64,000 nt of DNA from Nemertoderma westbladi (GCA_032718475.1 JAUCBJ010002919.1:55044-119043), one strand, 5' to 3'; shown: positions 1 through 10,950, counted from the first letter of the stretch. Numbers and translations are program-made. The notes: generated by a model from the letters alone, not told the origin.

Positions 1-960
1 AGGTGAAAATGCGTCAATTGTGGTAATATCAAGAGGGGAAATAATATTAGATTTATCACTATCACCACTATCATATGGTAAACCTAGATCAGATCTGTAG
101 ACCGAAATCTCCAGCAAAACTAAAAGAACACCAATCCCATTTGTTATTATAGATTCAGTTTGTTTCTCAGAGTCACCAAAGATCCGATGTAGTAATTCCT
201 CTACAGTAGATTGGCTTTCCAATGTTGCTAAGAGACAATTGACCTCAACTTTGGTAACGTAATTGTAGAAATGGTCACGGCTAAATCGTATTATTTCCTG
301 CAAACACTGGCTGGCATTACTGTGGGAATCTTCACTTTCATTAGAATCAAGTACTCCTATTAATATTGTAATTAAATTTTGACTATTTAACCACTGAAGC
401 ACTTCTTCGAGAAATAGGTCAGAGGCAGGAACACATGAAAGGCAGCGCAATAATAAATCCATGATTGAAGACGTTGCAATATGATAAACAATTTTCTCAA
501 TAGGGCGTTCTTGGACTTTAAGGAAATCTAACACAGACTGCGGATTGTGCTGCAGCATGACACCAAATAATTTCGAAAAATAGCTGGCAAGCAAAGGATT
601 CAATGGCCGTTCTGTGGATAAAAATGTCCACACCTCAGAAATAATATCTGTACGAATAAGTTTATCATTGATAATGCTGATATCCGTGGTCAATATTTCA
701 CAAGCTATATTGGTCCATTTATACTTTAAACATTCATCAACATCTTTTCCAACTTCAGGCTCGGTCAGAGCGAGTTTAAGAAGTTCTAGTATATTAATAT
801 CTTGAGAAATAAATTCAATCAATTTAGTATTATGAATTCTACATTCTTGCAATATATCATCATCACCAATAAGTTCATGCAATGACAAATCAACCCTTTG
901 AAGCATTGAATCAATGTTACTACTCCTAGGGGACTCAAATTTTCCTGAATTCCAAAACAT
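1..960 (-). CDS. PPP6R: Serine/threonine protein phosphatase 6 regulatory subunit (SAPS/SIT4-associated domain; PPP6R1/2/3-like), N-terminal 320 codons, continues beyond window start
   Basis: Manual translation from the ATG at 960 gives a stop-free frame: MFWNSGKFESPRSSNIDSMLQRVDLSLHELIGDDDILQEC...LKYKWTNIACEILTTD...RPLNPLLASYFSK...HIATSSIMDLLLRCL...SHSNASQCLQEIIRFSRD...LLATLESQ. This matches the SAPS-family motifs MFW, KYPNIxCELLT, PLNPLLASFFSK, TSAIMDLLLR and HSNASQ. Paralog number cannot be assigned. Confidence 0.93.
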   Translation of the reverse strand, partial: MFWNSGKFESPRSSNIDSMLQRVDLSLHELIGDDDILQECRIHNTKLIEFISQDINILELLKLALTEPEVGKDVDECLKYKWTNIACEILTTDISIINDKLIRTDIISEVWTFLSTERPLNPLLASYFSKLFGVMLQHNPQSVLDFLKVQERPIEKIVYHIATSSIMDLLLRCLSCVPASDLFLEEVLQWLNSQNLITILIGVLDSNESEDSHSNASQCLQEIIRFSRDHFYNYVTKVEVNCLLATLESQSTVEELLHRIFGDSEKQTESIITNGIGVLLVLLEISVYRSDLGLPYDSGDSDKSNIISPLDITTIDAFSP

Positions 961-2967
961 TGTTGAAGGAAGAAGGTAAGATAAATACGATGTTTATTCC
1001 GCGTAATAGACCCGAATATATATAAATATATAAGCGTATAGCATAGCTGTATGGTATTGTGTATCACAGTATTAGGCCTACGTCACTCAATAATTTCAAC
1101 AGTCAGACACGTAGGTTGGTCAAAGAAAACTTTTCCGAATTTCAACTCAGTTCGCATCGCACATCAGATGTCATCAAATGGGCCCAAACTTTGATAGATA
1201 CCAAAATTTCGATTTGGGGATGACAGGAACTGCCACGGCAGCAAGGGTACGGCAGACGGCTGCACGGGCCAAATGCAGTAGGCCTAATGCTGTAATGCCA
1301 TACCCTGACCCGGGGCCGGGACCCGTACCGGTAATGCTGTAGGCCTACTCCCTATCTGCCTATTCTGCTATTGAAAATATTTAAATGTACGCCGAACACG
1401 TTCGGCGCAGGATTTAAACTTGCGCCGGGAGCGGGAGCGGGCTCAGTAAGGGAAAATACCCCGAATCGGGGCATAGAGGCAAACCCCGATTCTGGGTTTT
1501 GTAATGCCCCGATTCTGGGGTCTCCCATAGACATTTTTTCTCCTTAATTTCCGCATGTAAGATTTTAATTCCGCAATTTCGTTTTAACATATTCGAATAC
1601 ACATTTATATGTTCTACAAATAAGAAAACTTTGGAGTAATAATGAAATCTTCCGGCTTCAATATTGTACCGGAAAATCTAATGTAAATTGTACCCCGAAT
1701 CAGGGTATCCAGGACTCCCTGTACCCCGAATCGGGGCTTGCGATATTTTCATACAGCCTGCAGAGCACCGATTCGGGGTCAATATTTTCTAGTACACCGA
1801 TTCAGGAATTCAATTTTCTCGAAAATACACCGAATCGGCTCTTTTTTTCCACTCAGACACCGATTCGGTGTATATTTTCTAGTCGTTATTTATATTTTTC
1901 AATGGATTTCCTGATGTAATTTATATTTTAATTAGAATTAATATTATATAAAGTAACAAATTAATTAAAATATTTAATATATTTGCGATGCGAGTATATT
2001 TGATGATTTCATATTGTATTATTGTTAGTTATTAATTATTATACGTACTTTGTCATTGTAATTAATGTATACTACGTTTTAGTGCTTATTGTTAGACAAA
2101 TTGCAATTATATCTATATATAATATTATGTGCTATGATGTACTATAATAATATTATAACTATAATACTATAATAATAATATAATGACAGTCAATGTGTTA
2201 ACTGGGATGGCTCTCCTAATGTCTGTCTCAGTGGGCAATGGAGAATAGTGTGCTATGGAAAGTATTAAGTAATAACGAATCTGCCTTTTTGTATGAAGTT
2301 GGAGGCTGAAAGAAATTTGGGATCTATCTATCTATGTGGCGGGCTGGAGGGCCTTGTTTGTCCACAAAATGGCTTGGCCGCACGAGCATTTAATGAAACA
2401 CTGTGAAACAGGTATCGAATGAAATGTTCTCTAGTTGGTGAAAAAAAAAGTTTGAAAATCTTAGACCAAAGGGTGTCGAGAAATTGACATGTATTGGCTT
2501 TTTGCACAAAATACTCATTTCAGCTGATTTTCAGCGGTTCTACAAGTGGGAACTAATTATTTTACATGGTAAGAATAACTTATTCTTATATAAATATTAA
2601 ATTGCTAGTCTCTAATCTCTATAACCCATTCCATCAAAGTCTTTAATTAATTTAAGAAATTAATGTTAAGAATGCATGTTTTTAATTGATTGAAATGATT
2701 TAAGTGATATTTATTGTTGAATTATCCACGCTGGACACATATTTCCATAGACCACTATTATAGGTAGATTAGCCTTCTTAATTCAGCCTAGCTAGAACTC
2801 CATCTTGCTTGCTTCCATCCAATCACAGACTAATAACTGAATAACTACCTACTATTATCTACTGAATATGAATAATGTATTGACAATAGATATCATATTG
2901 CCGGCAGGTTCAACGAACTGTGTTTATTACACGAACGGATTACGTGGTAAACATTAAACAACTGTAA

Positions 2968-3173
2968 CATAGTGTATGGATGATATAAATCAAATATAAT
3001 ATTGAGGGTCTTTCTGTCTTTAGCTGGTTTATATTATATTAATTAAAGATAACACTAGTAAACGTTTTCAACGGTTTCTGCATCAGACTATTATCTTTCT
3101 GTCTTAAATTAATATAATAAACCAGCTAAAGACCCTCAATATTTTATTTCATTTCTATCATCCATACACTGTG
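2968..3173. repeat. Imperfect ~75-bp inverted repeat (foldback) inside the transposon
   Basis: CATAGTGTATGGATGATA...ATATTGAGGGTCTT...TAGCTGGTTTAT (from 2968) is the reverse complement of ...ATAAACCAGCTAAAGACCCTCAATAT...TATCATCCATACACTGTG (to 3173). No convincing TSD. Confidence 0.7.
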
Positions 3174-3469
3174 TTTATTACCTGATTTATTTGTAAGCTA
3201 TTTCCCACGGTGTTAGTTGATCAGAGTGGCTATTTGGACGAGCCATAAAGGCAGCCAAGACGCATTTACAATTAGCATAATGGTTATTCCTCGGGCCGAG
3301 CCGCAAACGGTGTTGTGAGACATTAGCAAAAAAAATAAAGTGAAAAATAAAATTAAAATTAAAAAAAAAATAAAATAAGATTTAAAAAAATATGATTTTT
3401 GATTGATTATTTATTACAAATACATTATAATAATTAAAAAGGGTAATAAATTTCGCTATTTAAGAAAGC

Positions 3470-4120
3470 CATATCGATCCGATGAAGCCGAGTCGAACTG
3501 ATGGAGCCGAGTCGAACCTATCGAGCTGAGTTGAACCTATCGAGCTGAGACAAACCTATCGAGCCAAGTTGAACCTATCGAACCGAGTCGAACCCATCAA
3601 GCCGAGTCACACCAATTGAGCCAGATCAAGATGAGTCAGACCGTTTGAGCCGAGCCGAACCTATTGAGCCAAGTCGAACCTATTGAGCCGTGTCGAACCC
3701 ATTGAGCAGAGTCGAACTGATTGAGCCGGATCATGCCGTCTTGGACCGATTGAGCTGGAACGAACCTGTCGAGTGGGACTGATAGTGCCGAACGTATCGA
3801 GCTGAGTCAAACTTATCAAGCCGTGTCAAACCTATCGAGCCGAGTCAAACCTAAGGAGCCGAGTCGAACTGATCGAACCAAGTCGAACCGAGTCAAACTG
3901 ATCGAGCCAGATCAATTGGAGACGAACCAATTGAGCTGAATCGAACCGATCAAGCCATGTCGAACCAATCAAGCCAAGTCGAACCATGATCGAGCCGAGT
4001 CGAACCATGATCGAGCCGAGTCGAACCATGATCGAGCCGAGTCGAACCATGATCGAGCCGAGTCGAACCAATCGAGCCAAGTTTAACTGATTGAGCCGAG
4101 TCGAACTGATTGAGCCGAGT
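3470..4120. repeat. Degenerate ~20-21-bp minisatellite (GAGCCGAGTCGAACC[T/A]ATC-like)
   Basis: Repeated gagccgagtcgaacc units, most homogeneous at 3980-4080; source of the spurious ORFs at 3832-4282. Confidence 0.85.
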
Positions 4121-5246
4121 AAATAGGCTTATGTAAGTATGTATGTGCACAATATTGGCTGTATGTATGTACATATTGACATTGGCCCTAGCACCTAGCT
4201 GATAGCAGGACAGGCCATTAGAGTTTGTAATAGGCTTCCAGTAATGATTGGAACCTAGATATTGTCTGCATGCTGGTGCCACCCATACCAGGGCAATAGA
4301 TTTGTCTGCATGGTCACTCAGGGTACTAGTTTGATGGGCAGGTACGTTTAAAGCCAGCTTGCTGGCCTTCTAGTTGAGTTGATGTAAAGGACAAGGCTAT
4401 ACATGGCAATAATAATAAGATCAATTTGTATTCTATTTATTTTAGTTAGATTACCCATAGCCTCGTTTAACATTGCTGCCTAGTTGAATTAGTCTGCCGC
4501 CCAACCTCAACAGCAACGCCGAGTAAAGCCAGGAAATCAGGAATGCTTATAAATTTAATCAGTCTAAATAAAACAAAATATAAAAGCAGAAGCAATATTC
4601 CATTCCAATATTGGATTCCAACGCAAACAAAAAGGTTCAAAGCAAGAATGACTTTCATCAAGTACACAATAATTAATTAATCTATAAAGTCGTAAAATGA
4701 AATTAACTCAGGATTGATTTTATTTTACCACACTTTTAGTGACAAGAGTCATTTATTAGAATCGTATGTTAAAATCAACGCCAGGAATTGCGCCATAATA
4801 TTCAATATTACAGTATTATATGTACACAAACACAACATAGCGCCAATCGGCACTCTGTCAGCCAGTGCCAATGAAGAATAGCCATTGCAATCATAATATG
4901 ATTGATTGACAGGTTCCACTTGACAGATTTCACAGGGAACTAAATAACTCCTATACCCTGATTCGGGGTATACCTAATTTTTTCCGCTGCCTGGAGATTT
5001 TCTAGTAGAACACCAATTCGGGGTATACCTTTCTACTGAAAATCTCGAATCGGTGTCACTATTTTCCACTATAACACCGATTCTGGGTATAGAGCAGTAC
5101 CCCAATTCGGGGTATTTTCCCTTACTGGGGCTGGCTGGCACAGAAATGTTCAGCCCCAGCATAGCATTGGCGTAGCATTACCAAGCAGCCAAGGACAGAC
5201 TGACAGAAGGAAAGGACCAAGCCGGCGCAGGATTTTTTGCACTTGG

Positions 5247-6079
5247 CAGTCGGGGAGCCATTTCTGTATTTTCAACTGAGTTGAAAATCAAATTTATTTT
5301 TTAAAATTCAACTTTTTATTAAAATTCAACTTTTGGAGTAGGCTACTACGTACTAGCAGACTAGACAGCTACCGGCTGACCGGTACCGGTAGTGCGGTAG
5401 TTTAAAATTCACCTTTTTTAAAAATTCAAATTTTGGAGTAGGGCCTAGCTTTGCAGCTTTGGACTGTTCTTGGAAATAATGAAATAAGGAATTGGAACCC
5501 ATTACTGCATTAGTCTGTTAGTCATGGTAGCAGGCCTATTCCATTATAATAACAATAATTAGGCCTATGACATTCAGCGGTAATTTACAGATTTAATACC
5601 GGGCTGCCGGGTACATCTAAAAAATTCCTGTAGTATTTCAGTATTTCAGCTACCCGGTTGCGGTAGGACTACCCCAAACCAGCTAACAGCCTAATTTGCA
5701 AATGTAACCACTTAAAATGTTTTAAATAAAAGTATTCCCGACGGTGAAAGTTTTTATTCCATTGGTAATGAGGGTCAATTTTTCGAATTACGGTACCGGT
5801 CAGCCGGTGGCCGGTCTGTCGGTACATCAATAAAAACAATTAAAACAAAACACCCCTTACAGCCTTATGTCACGTCTTGGGCAGTTGGGGGCCTTCTGCA
5901 GTTCTGCATGTTCTGCCTGCCTGCCATTTTACAGTTTTAGAGTTGAATTTACAACCTGACAACTTCTGAACTTAAGGCCTAAAAGTTGAACTTAAAAAAA
6001 AGTTGTAGGCCTACAGGCCTACCGGTCTGCCGGTATATTTCAACTCAGTTGAAATTTGAACTTCTCCTCTCCCCAACTG
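5247..6079. mobile_element. MITE with CAGT(C/T)GGGGAG termini and 5-bp TSD CTTGG
   Basis: Left end CAGTCGGGGAG (5247); right end CTCCCCAACTG (ends 6079). CTTGG at 5242-5246 and 6080-6084. Inner arms TTCAACTGAGTTGAAA...TTCAACTTTT (5271-5316) are mirrored at 5981-6054. Confidence 0.78.
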
Positions 6080-7629
6080 CTTGGCAGCTTGGCGCCGCGT
6101 TCTGGCAGTCTGGCGCTCGGCGCAGAAAATAAAACTTTTCAATAGGTAGCCTAGATAGGCTGTAATGTAATGGTAACGTGCAGACGTCTGGACCCGGCTG
6201 CCCGGTACTCTGTAACTGCATAGGCCTAATCTAGTAGGCTAGCTGTACAGCTGTACACTTTACAGCGAGGCAGCTGTACCTGTCAGCCTGTAATGCAGTA
6301 CAGACGTGCCGGTTGCCGGTACCGCGGTACCGGAGTTTAATCTGTAGGCCTAGCTGCCTAGTCTGTAGTCCAGTCAGCCAGTGGTCTGCTAGCAGGCTAC
6401 CGCCAGACCGCAGTGCAGTACCGGGCAGCCGGGTACCGTAGTTCATTAAAAAAACGAATGTACCGGTAATCAAAATAAAATGATTCCCGGTCAGCCGGTA
6501 GGCCCTATTAAAAAAACTAATGTTTGTCAGTTAGTTCAGTTTCAGTAGTTGTCCTGTTGTCTCTTACATCTTAGTCTCTGTATCTTCTTATTTCAGTATT
6601 TCAGTTTTTGAGCTACCGGTGACCGGCTGACCGTGGACCGGTAGAGTCTGGCTCATGCCTGCATGCTACCTGTCCTATACTGCTATATAGTATATACGGT
6701 ACTGCTATAGGCTGATAGGCCTATGCAGATACTGAAAAGCAGATCTGAGACATGCCTAATTATTCATAATTACTGAATTAGCTGATTCCGGATTCGTGAT
6801 CTGCTGATAAGTGATAAGAAGACATGACGTGAGAGTAACAAGTAATCCCACAAGCGTAAGCTTGTGTAACCATAACCTACTCGTAGGCTACGCGTAAGCG
6901 CAGGCGATGAAAAGCAGTTTCGACTAGTTACATTTTTGCGTAGCAGCGTAGTGCTGTAGAGACCAATGAATTAAGTCTGGGCACGAGCTACCGCAATGCA
7001 GAGCCACAACGACATGCGTCGAGTATAGGGATATACAGTTATACCGACCCATACCCACCTAATACCGGGACCTGCCGACCTGTCTGCCGTACCGCGCTAT
7101 CACCAACCTACTGTATAAATTGGCTACTAAATATGACTCTTTATTTTAACCAGTAAAGATTTTTTGTAGTGAAATTATCTGATTATTGTTGCCCGTAGCC
7201 GTAAGTGTGCCTGCGAGTAATGTTCTCCTTTTTATTTCATTTTATATGTTAAACATAGATTAATAAAGGAGTGTTTTTTACTTTTATTATTATGTATAGC
7301 TTCGCCAGCTCCTCCGAATGCCGAGAAAGATCAGATCAGAACCCCGGGTTGCGCGAACCGCGCTCCCGGTACATAGAAGCAGACTACACGTCGATCTCGA
7401 CGTGTAGTCTGCCCCCGGTTAGACCCTAACCGAGTCCGAACCGAGTCAGTTCTCAAGATATAGGCGTTGTTACGGCGATCATGCAGCAAACCTGGGGACC
7501 TCTTAATACCGCATCGCGAAGAGAGTTCTAAAGTTCCGTGGTTCATCATCCTGGTGCATATTCGATTTCCTTTGCACATTAAAATATTCACGTATCCGAC
7601 GATGTTTGACGCTAAATGCTGAGTATCTT

Positions 7630-10350
7630 AGGCTGTAGACGTCCTGCGTTCCTTTGCGTTGATGATATCCATCCAATTAGGAACATTGGTTATTGAACCA
7701 CGAATTACATCCTTTGAGTATTCATGGTTAAGTGGGGAAATTGGCTGTGGGACTGGATAACACTGGACGCATTTTGAGTATGCTATGCTGAGCCAGCAGT
7801 CATAATATGTCTTAGAACCATCATTTCCCTCATGCCAGATTATACTCCGTATAATGTAGTGGAGAGGGATAATAGGGCAGTTTGTAATGCGCATAATCAG
7901 ACCGGCGGCCGCTCTATAAACTTTCTGCACTTATAGAATTTGTTTTCACCAGATGGTAGATACATCCATTCGAGACATAGTTTCCAACCATGAATAAGCC
8001 ACGTAAAGTTTTCCTATAATAAGCATCAAGTTGAGCAGAGTGTTTGTCACTTAATCCAGCAGTCAGTCAGGAAAACGAAAGTATATACTGTAGTAGCGAC
8101 GGCAATGCAAATGTATTCCATAGTTTTGAAATTTCTTCAGCATTACACCAGCGCGAGTTCCATCCCAGCTTGTGGAATCTTTCTGACATAATTGTTATGG
8201 CTTTCAGGCATTCTCTGAAGCAGTTGACGGAGGAGCTTGATGCATATAGCTTATGACCTAGAAAATTTGTTTTCATCCAGTGTGTTTTTGAATTTTCTAT
8301 TCGTAGATCTATAGAGGTTAGACCAGTTTCAATGGTTCCAACCATGGGTTCTATTGAAGAGGGCATGGTACTCAACAGTAAAATGTCATCGGCAAAGGAT
8401 ATGCACCCTGCCCATATCCTATATGCAGTACAGCCCAACTGTAGTTGCTTTACAGCACATAATACATCCTTCATATAGTAATTGAATAATAAGGGTGATA
8501 ACAGTGACCCCTGCTTTATACCCTTAGTCATAATCAATCCAATATGTCGATTTCTGTCCCGAACTTTAAATACGCAAGACCAATGGAATAGTAGTCCAGC
8601 AAGAGTAATGATATATAGGGATTCATCGTATTGGCCAGTTTGCTGATGAGGGTAACATGATTCACATTGTCGAAGGCTCCTTCTATATCCAGTTGACAGA
8701 CATATAATCCTGACCCTTGCTGGTGATAGTAATCCATTATTTCTAGCACCGTTGCTACAGTATTACCATATCAGGCCCTTTTCTTGGCTTATAAGCCCAC
8801 ACTGTAAGTCATCACTATCCACATTGCCCATATAGTGCTGTGCGATGATTGACTCAAACATCTTCGCAAAAATACATATTGAACTAACGGGTCGGTATGA
8901 GCTGGGATCATTTCTCTGTTTACCCTTACCCTTATATAGACTGCTAATTACGGTGTTGCCGAACAATAGTGGTAGGCGGCCCAAGTGAAGAGCTGCTGCT
9001 AGCACTTTCTCCATTGATTGACATATCGTGGTTGGCTGCAAGTGGAGGATATGCTCAACTGTCAATGAGTCGGATAGTTATAAAACTCGAAAATAACGAA
9101 AAAGACGAAATTAATAGCAAAAATATCGAAATTATAAAACTTTAAATAAATTCTCGCTGTCCAGTGAGATAGGTATTATTAGAAGGCACACTTTACATTT
9201 TTTAATTAATAAAATCCGATAATTTCGCCCCATTTTCGACCCTAAAAGTAATTTAATACCAAATACTGTCTCTGCTGATTGGTATTTAGGGGTAATCCAA
9301 TGATGGCAAAACACCACAAGATGGAGCTCAAAATAGGACAATACAGTCAGAGTGTAGGCCTACTGCATTGCCACTACTGCACAGCAGTTCTGTCTAGGTA
9401 TGTTCCCCAGTCAGCCTGTTCACAACCACAGCGCCACTTTCTTGGCAGTCACTGTACAGTGTATTAGGGCCCTACACCTGTAACGCGGAGGTACCGTACA
9501 CCGTAATGCGTATGCAGTGAGATGCAGTGCTATGCTTGTGATACACCAGAACACTGATCAGCTGATGCTGAATTGATTCATCCAAGCCGCCATTATTGGT
9601 CAACATCCAACAACCAACCAGCAGACAGTATTTGGTATTAAATTACTTTTAAGGTCGAAAATGGGGCGAAATTATCGGATTTTATTAATTAAAAACTGTC
9701 AACCAGTTTCTTTCTTCTATCTTCTTTGCCAACCAGTTTCTTAATCGTCGAGGAGACCTTTTTGACTGTAGGTAAGACTCATGTATCGGATCATTCATAT
9801 CTTTGCCTTGGTTACACTTCAACACATTTGGCGTATTTTTCTAGCTCCTCGGATGTACATTTCTTCCAATTAAAGCGTAAGTGTATTTTGCTGCATTTAA
9901 AATTGTTTTCCGCGGTGTTATTTTTATATGGAGTGTTGCTGTGTTTCCTAATTTTAATGGTACCAGTAACAGGAACGTGGTCCGAGCTGTTAGAGTCAGT
10001 CTCCTGGCAGCTAACTTTTCCGTCAATAAATGTGGCGCAGCCACTCGTGTTGGTTAAGATATGGTCTATGTATGTGTTTCCATGTCCATAGAAGGTTATA
10101 CATGGGCCATCAAATATATTTGTGGTGTCAATCGCAGTCAAACCCGAGTCTCCCTTATAGTTCATTGTAACTTCCCTCTCTTAGTTGGCTTTATACGATC
10201 ACAGCAATACCTTGGCCCTTGGCCTGCGCCGATGTCTGCATTGCTATCCATTAATATGTATGGGACAGCATTGGAGTATATTGATTTTAGAGATTCTATT
10301 CTGCTCAGAAATTCCGTATAAGCTGTGTCTCCCTTACTGCAATCGGGAGC
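7630..10350 (-). mobile_element. Degenerate non-LTR retrotransposon ORF2 (APE endonuclease + reverse transcriptase; RTE-X/L2-like), frameshifted
   Basis: Endonuclease motifs ILMDSNAD, TYIDHIL and SSDHVPV (9812-10260). RT motifs KGKGKQRNDPSSYRPVS, LDIEGAFDNVNH, GIKQGSLLSPLLFNYY and FADDILLL across ORFs 8067-9065. Boundaries approximate. Confidence 0.88.
9075..9699. mobile_element. Foldback/MITE-like insertion interrupting the LINE
   Basis: ~80-bp inverted arms TTTTTAATTAATAAAATCCGATAATTTCGCCCCATTTTCGACC...ATACCAAATACTGTCT at ~9197-9280 and ~9615-9697. The LINE frame resumes on both sides; the right end appears truncated. Confidence 0.7.
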
Positions 10351-10950
10351 ATATCCAGATAAGACAAGTACTGTACACAGTACTGTACAGTACTGTATAT
10401 TAGTTTCATTCAGTGATTGGCGAGTTAAGCATTATAATTGGAATACGTTGGCAGAGGTAGGAGGACTGCGATTGAACTACAATATATGTACTTGGTTTGG
10501 CTGACGTTGTGTTGGACTGTTTAATGGTTCTGATGTGAATGCATTGTCAAGCTGTTAGGTAGGCCTGTACTTTTGAAAAGTTAAATAAGTTGTATGCATT
10601 TCAATGTGAGTTGAGATTAAAAAAAATGTGCTATGCCGGGTTACTTACACTGGAAGGGCAGTCGCAGAGATGTTCTTCGTCGGTGCCGCAGTCATTCATG
10701 TGTAACATCGGCAAAGATAGACAGATTACATCCCTCCACCAGCACTGCCTGTCCGCAGGCTGTTCTACTGCCCTATCATAGCACACAAAATAAAAAAAAA
10801 TAAAGAGTTAACAAATGTTCCAGAATATGGTATGTATTTATTAAATAGAAAACATTCCCATGCGCAGATGCAAAACCATGCAACATTTGAACGCTCATAC
10901 TGTATCTCAGCTATTTTTCAACGAATTTCAGATAGTATTTCAGATAGATG

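Larger units (their letters stand above)
1444..5127. mobile_element. Non-autonomous TIR DNA transposon (3.7 kb), CAGT...ACTG termini, 5-bp TSD GGGCT
   Basis: 28-bp TIR CAGTAAGGGAAAATACCCCGAAT(C/T)GGGG at 1444 and its reverse complement ending at 5127. GGGCT lies at 1439-1443 and 5128-5132. About 14 subterminal CCCCGA(A/T)TCGGGG-like palindromes cluster at both ends. No transposase ORF seen. Confidence 0.85.

Noticed and set aside
614-1067. ORF-track ORFs 614-805 (+) and 819-1067 (-)
   Set aside because: They are antisense or out-of-frame shadows of the PPP6R-like CDS.
2968-3173. RAG/Transib RSS-like ends (CACAGTG heptamer at 3167-3173 on the minus strand)
   Set aside because: The other end is CATAGTG, there is no nonamer at 12/23 spacing, and the 5-bp flanks (TGTAA/TTTAT) do not match.
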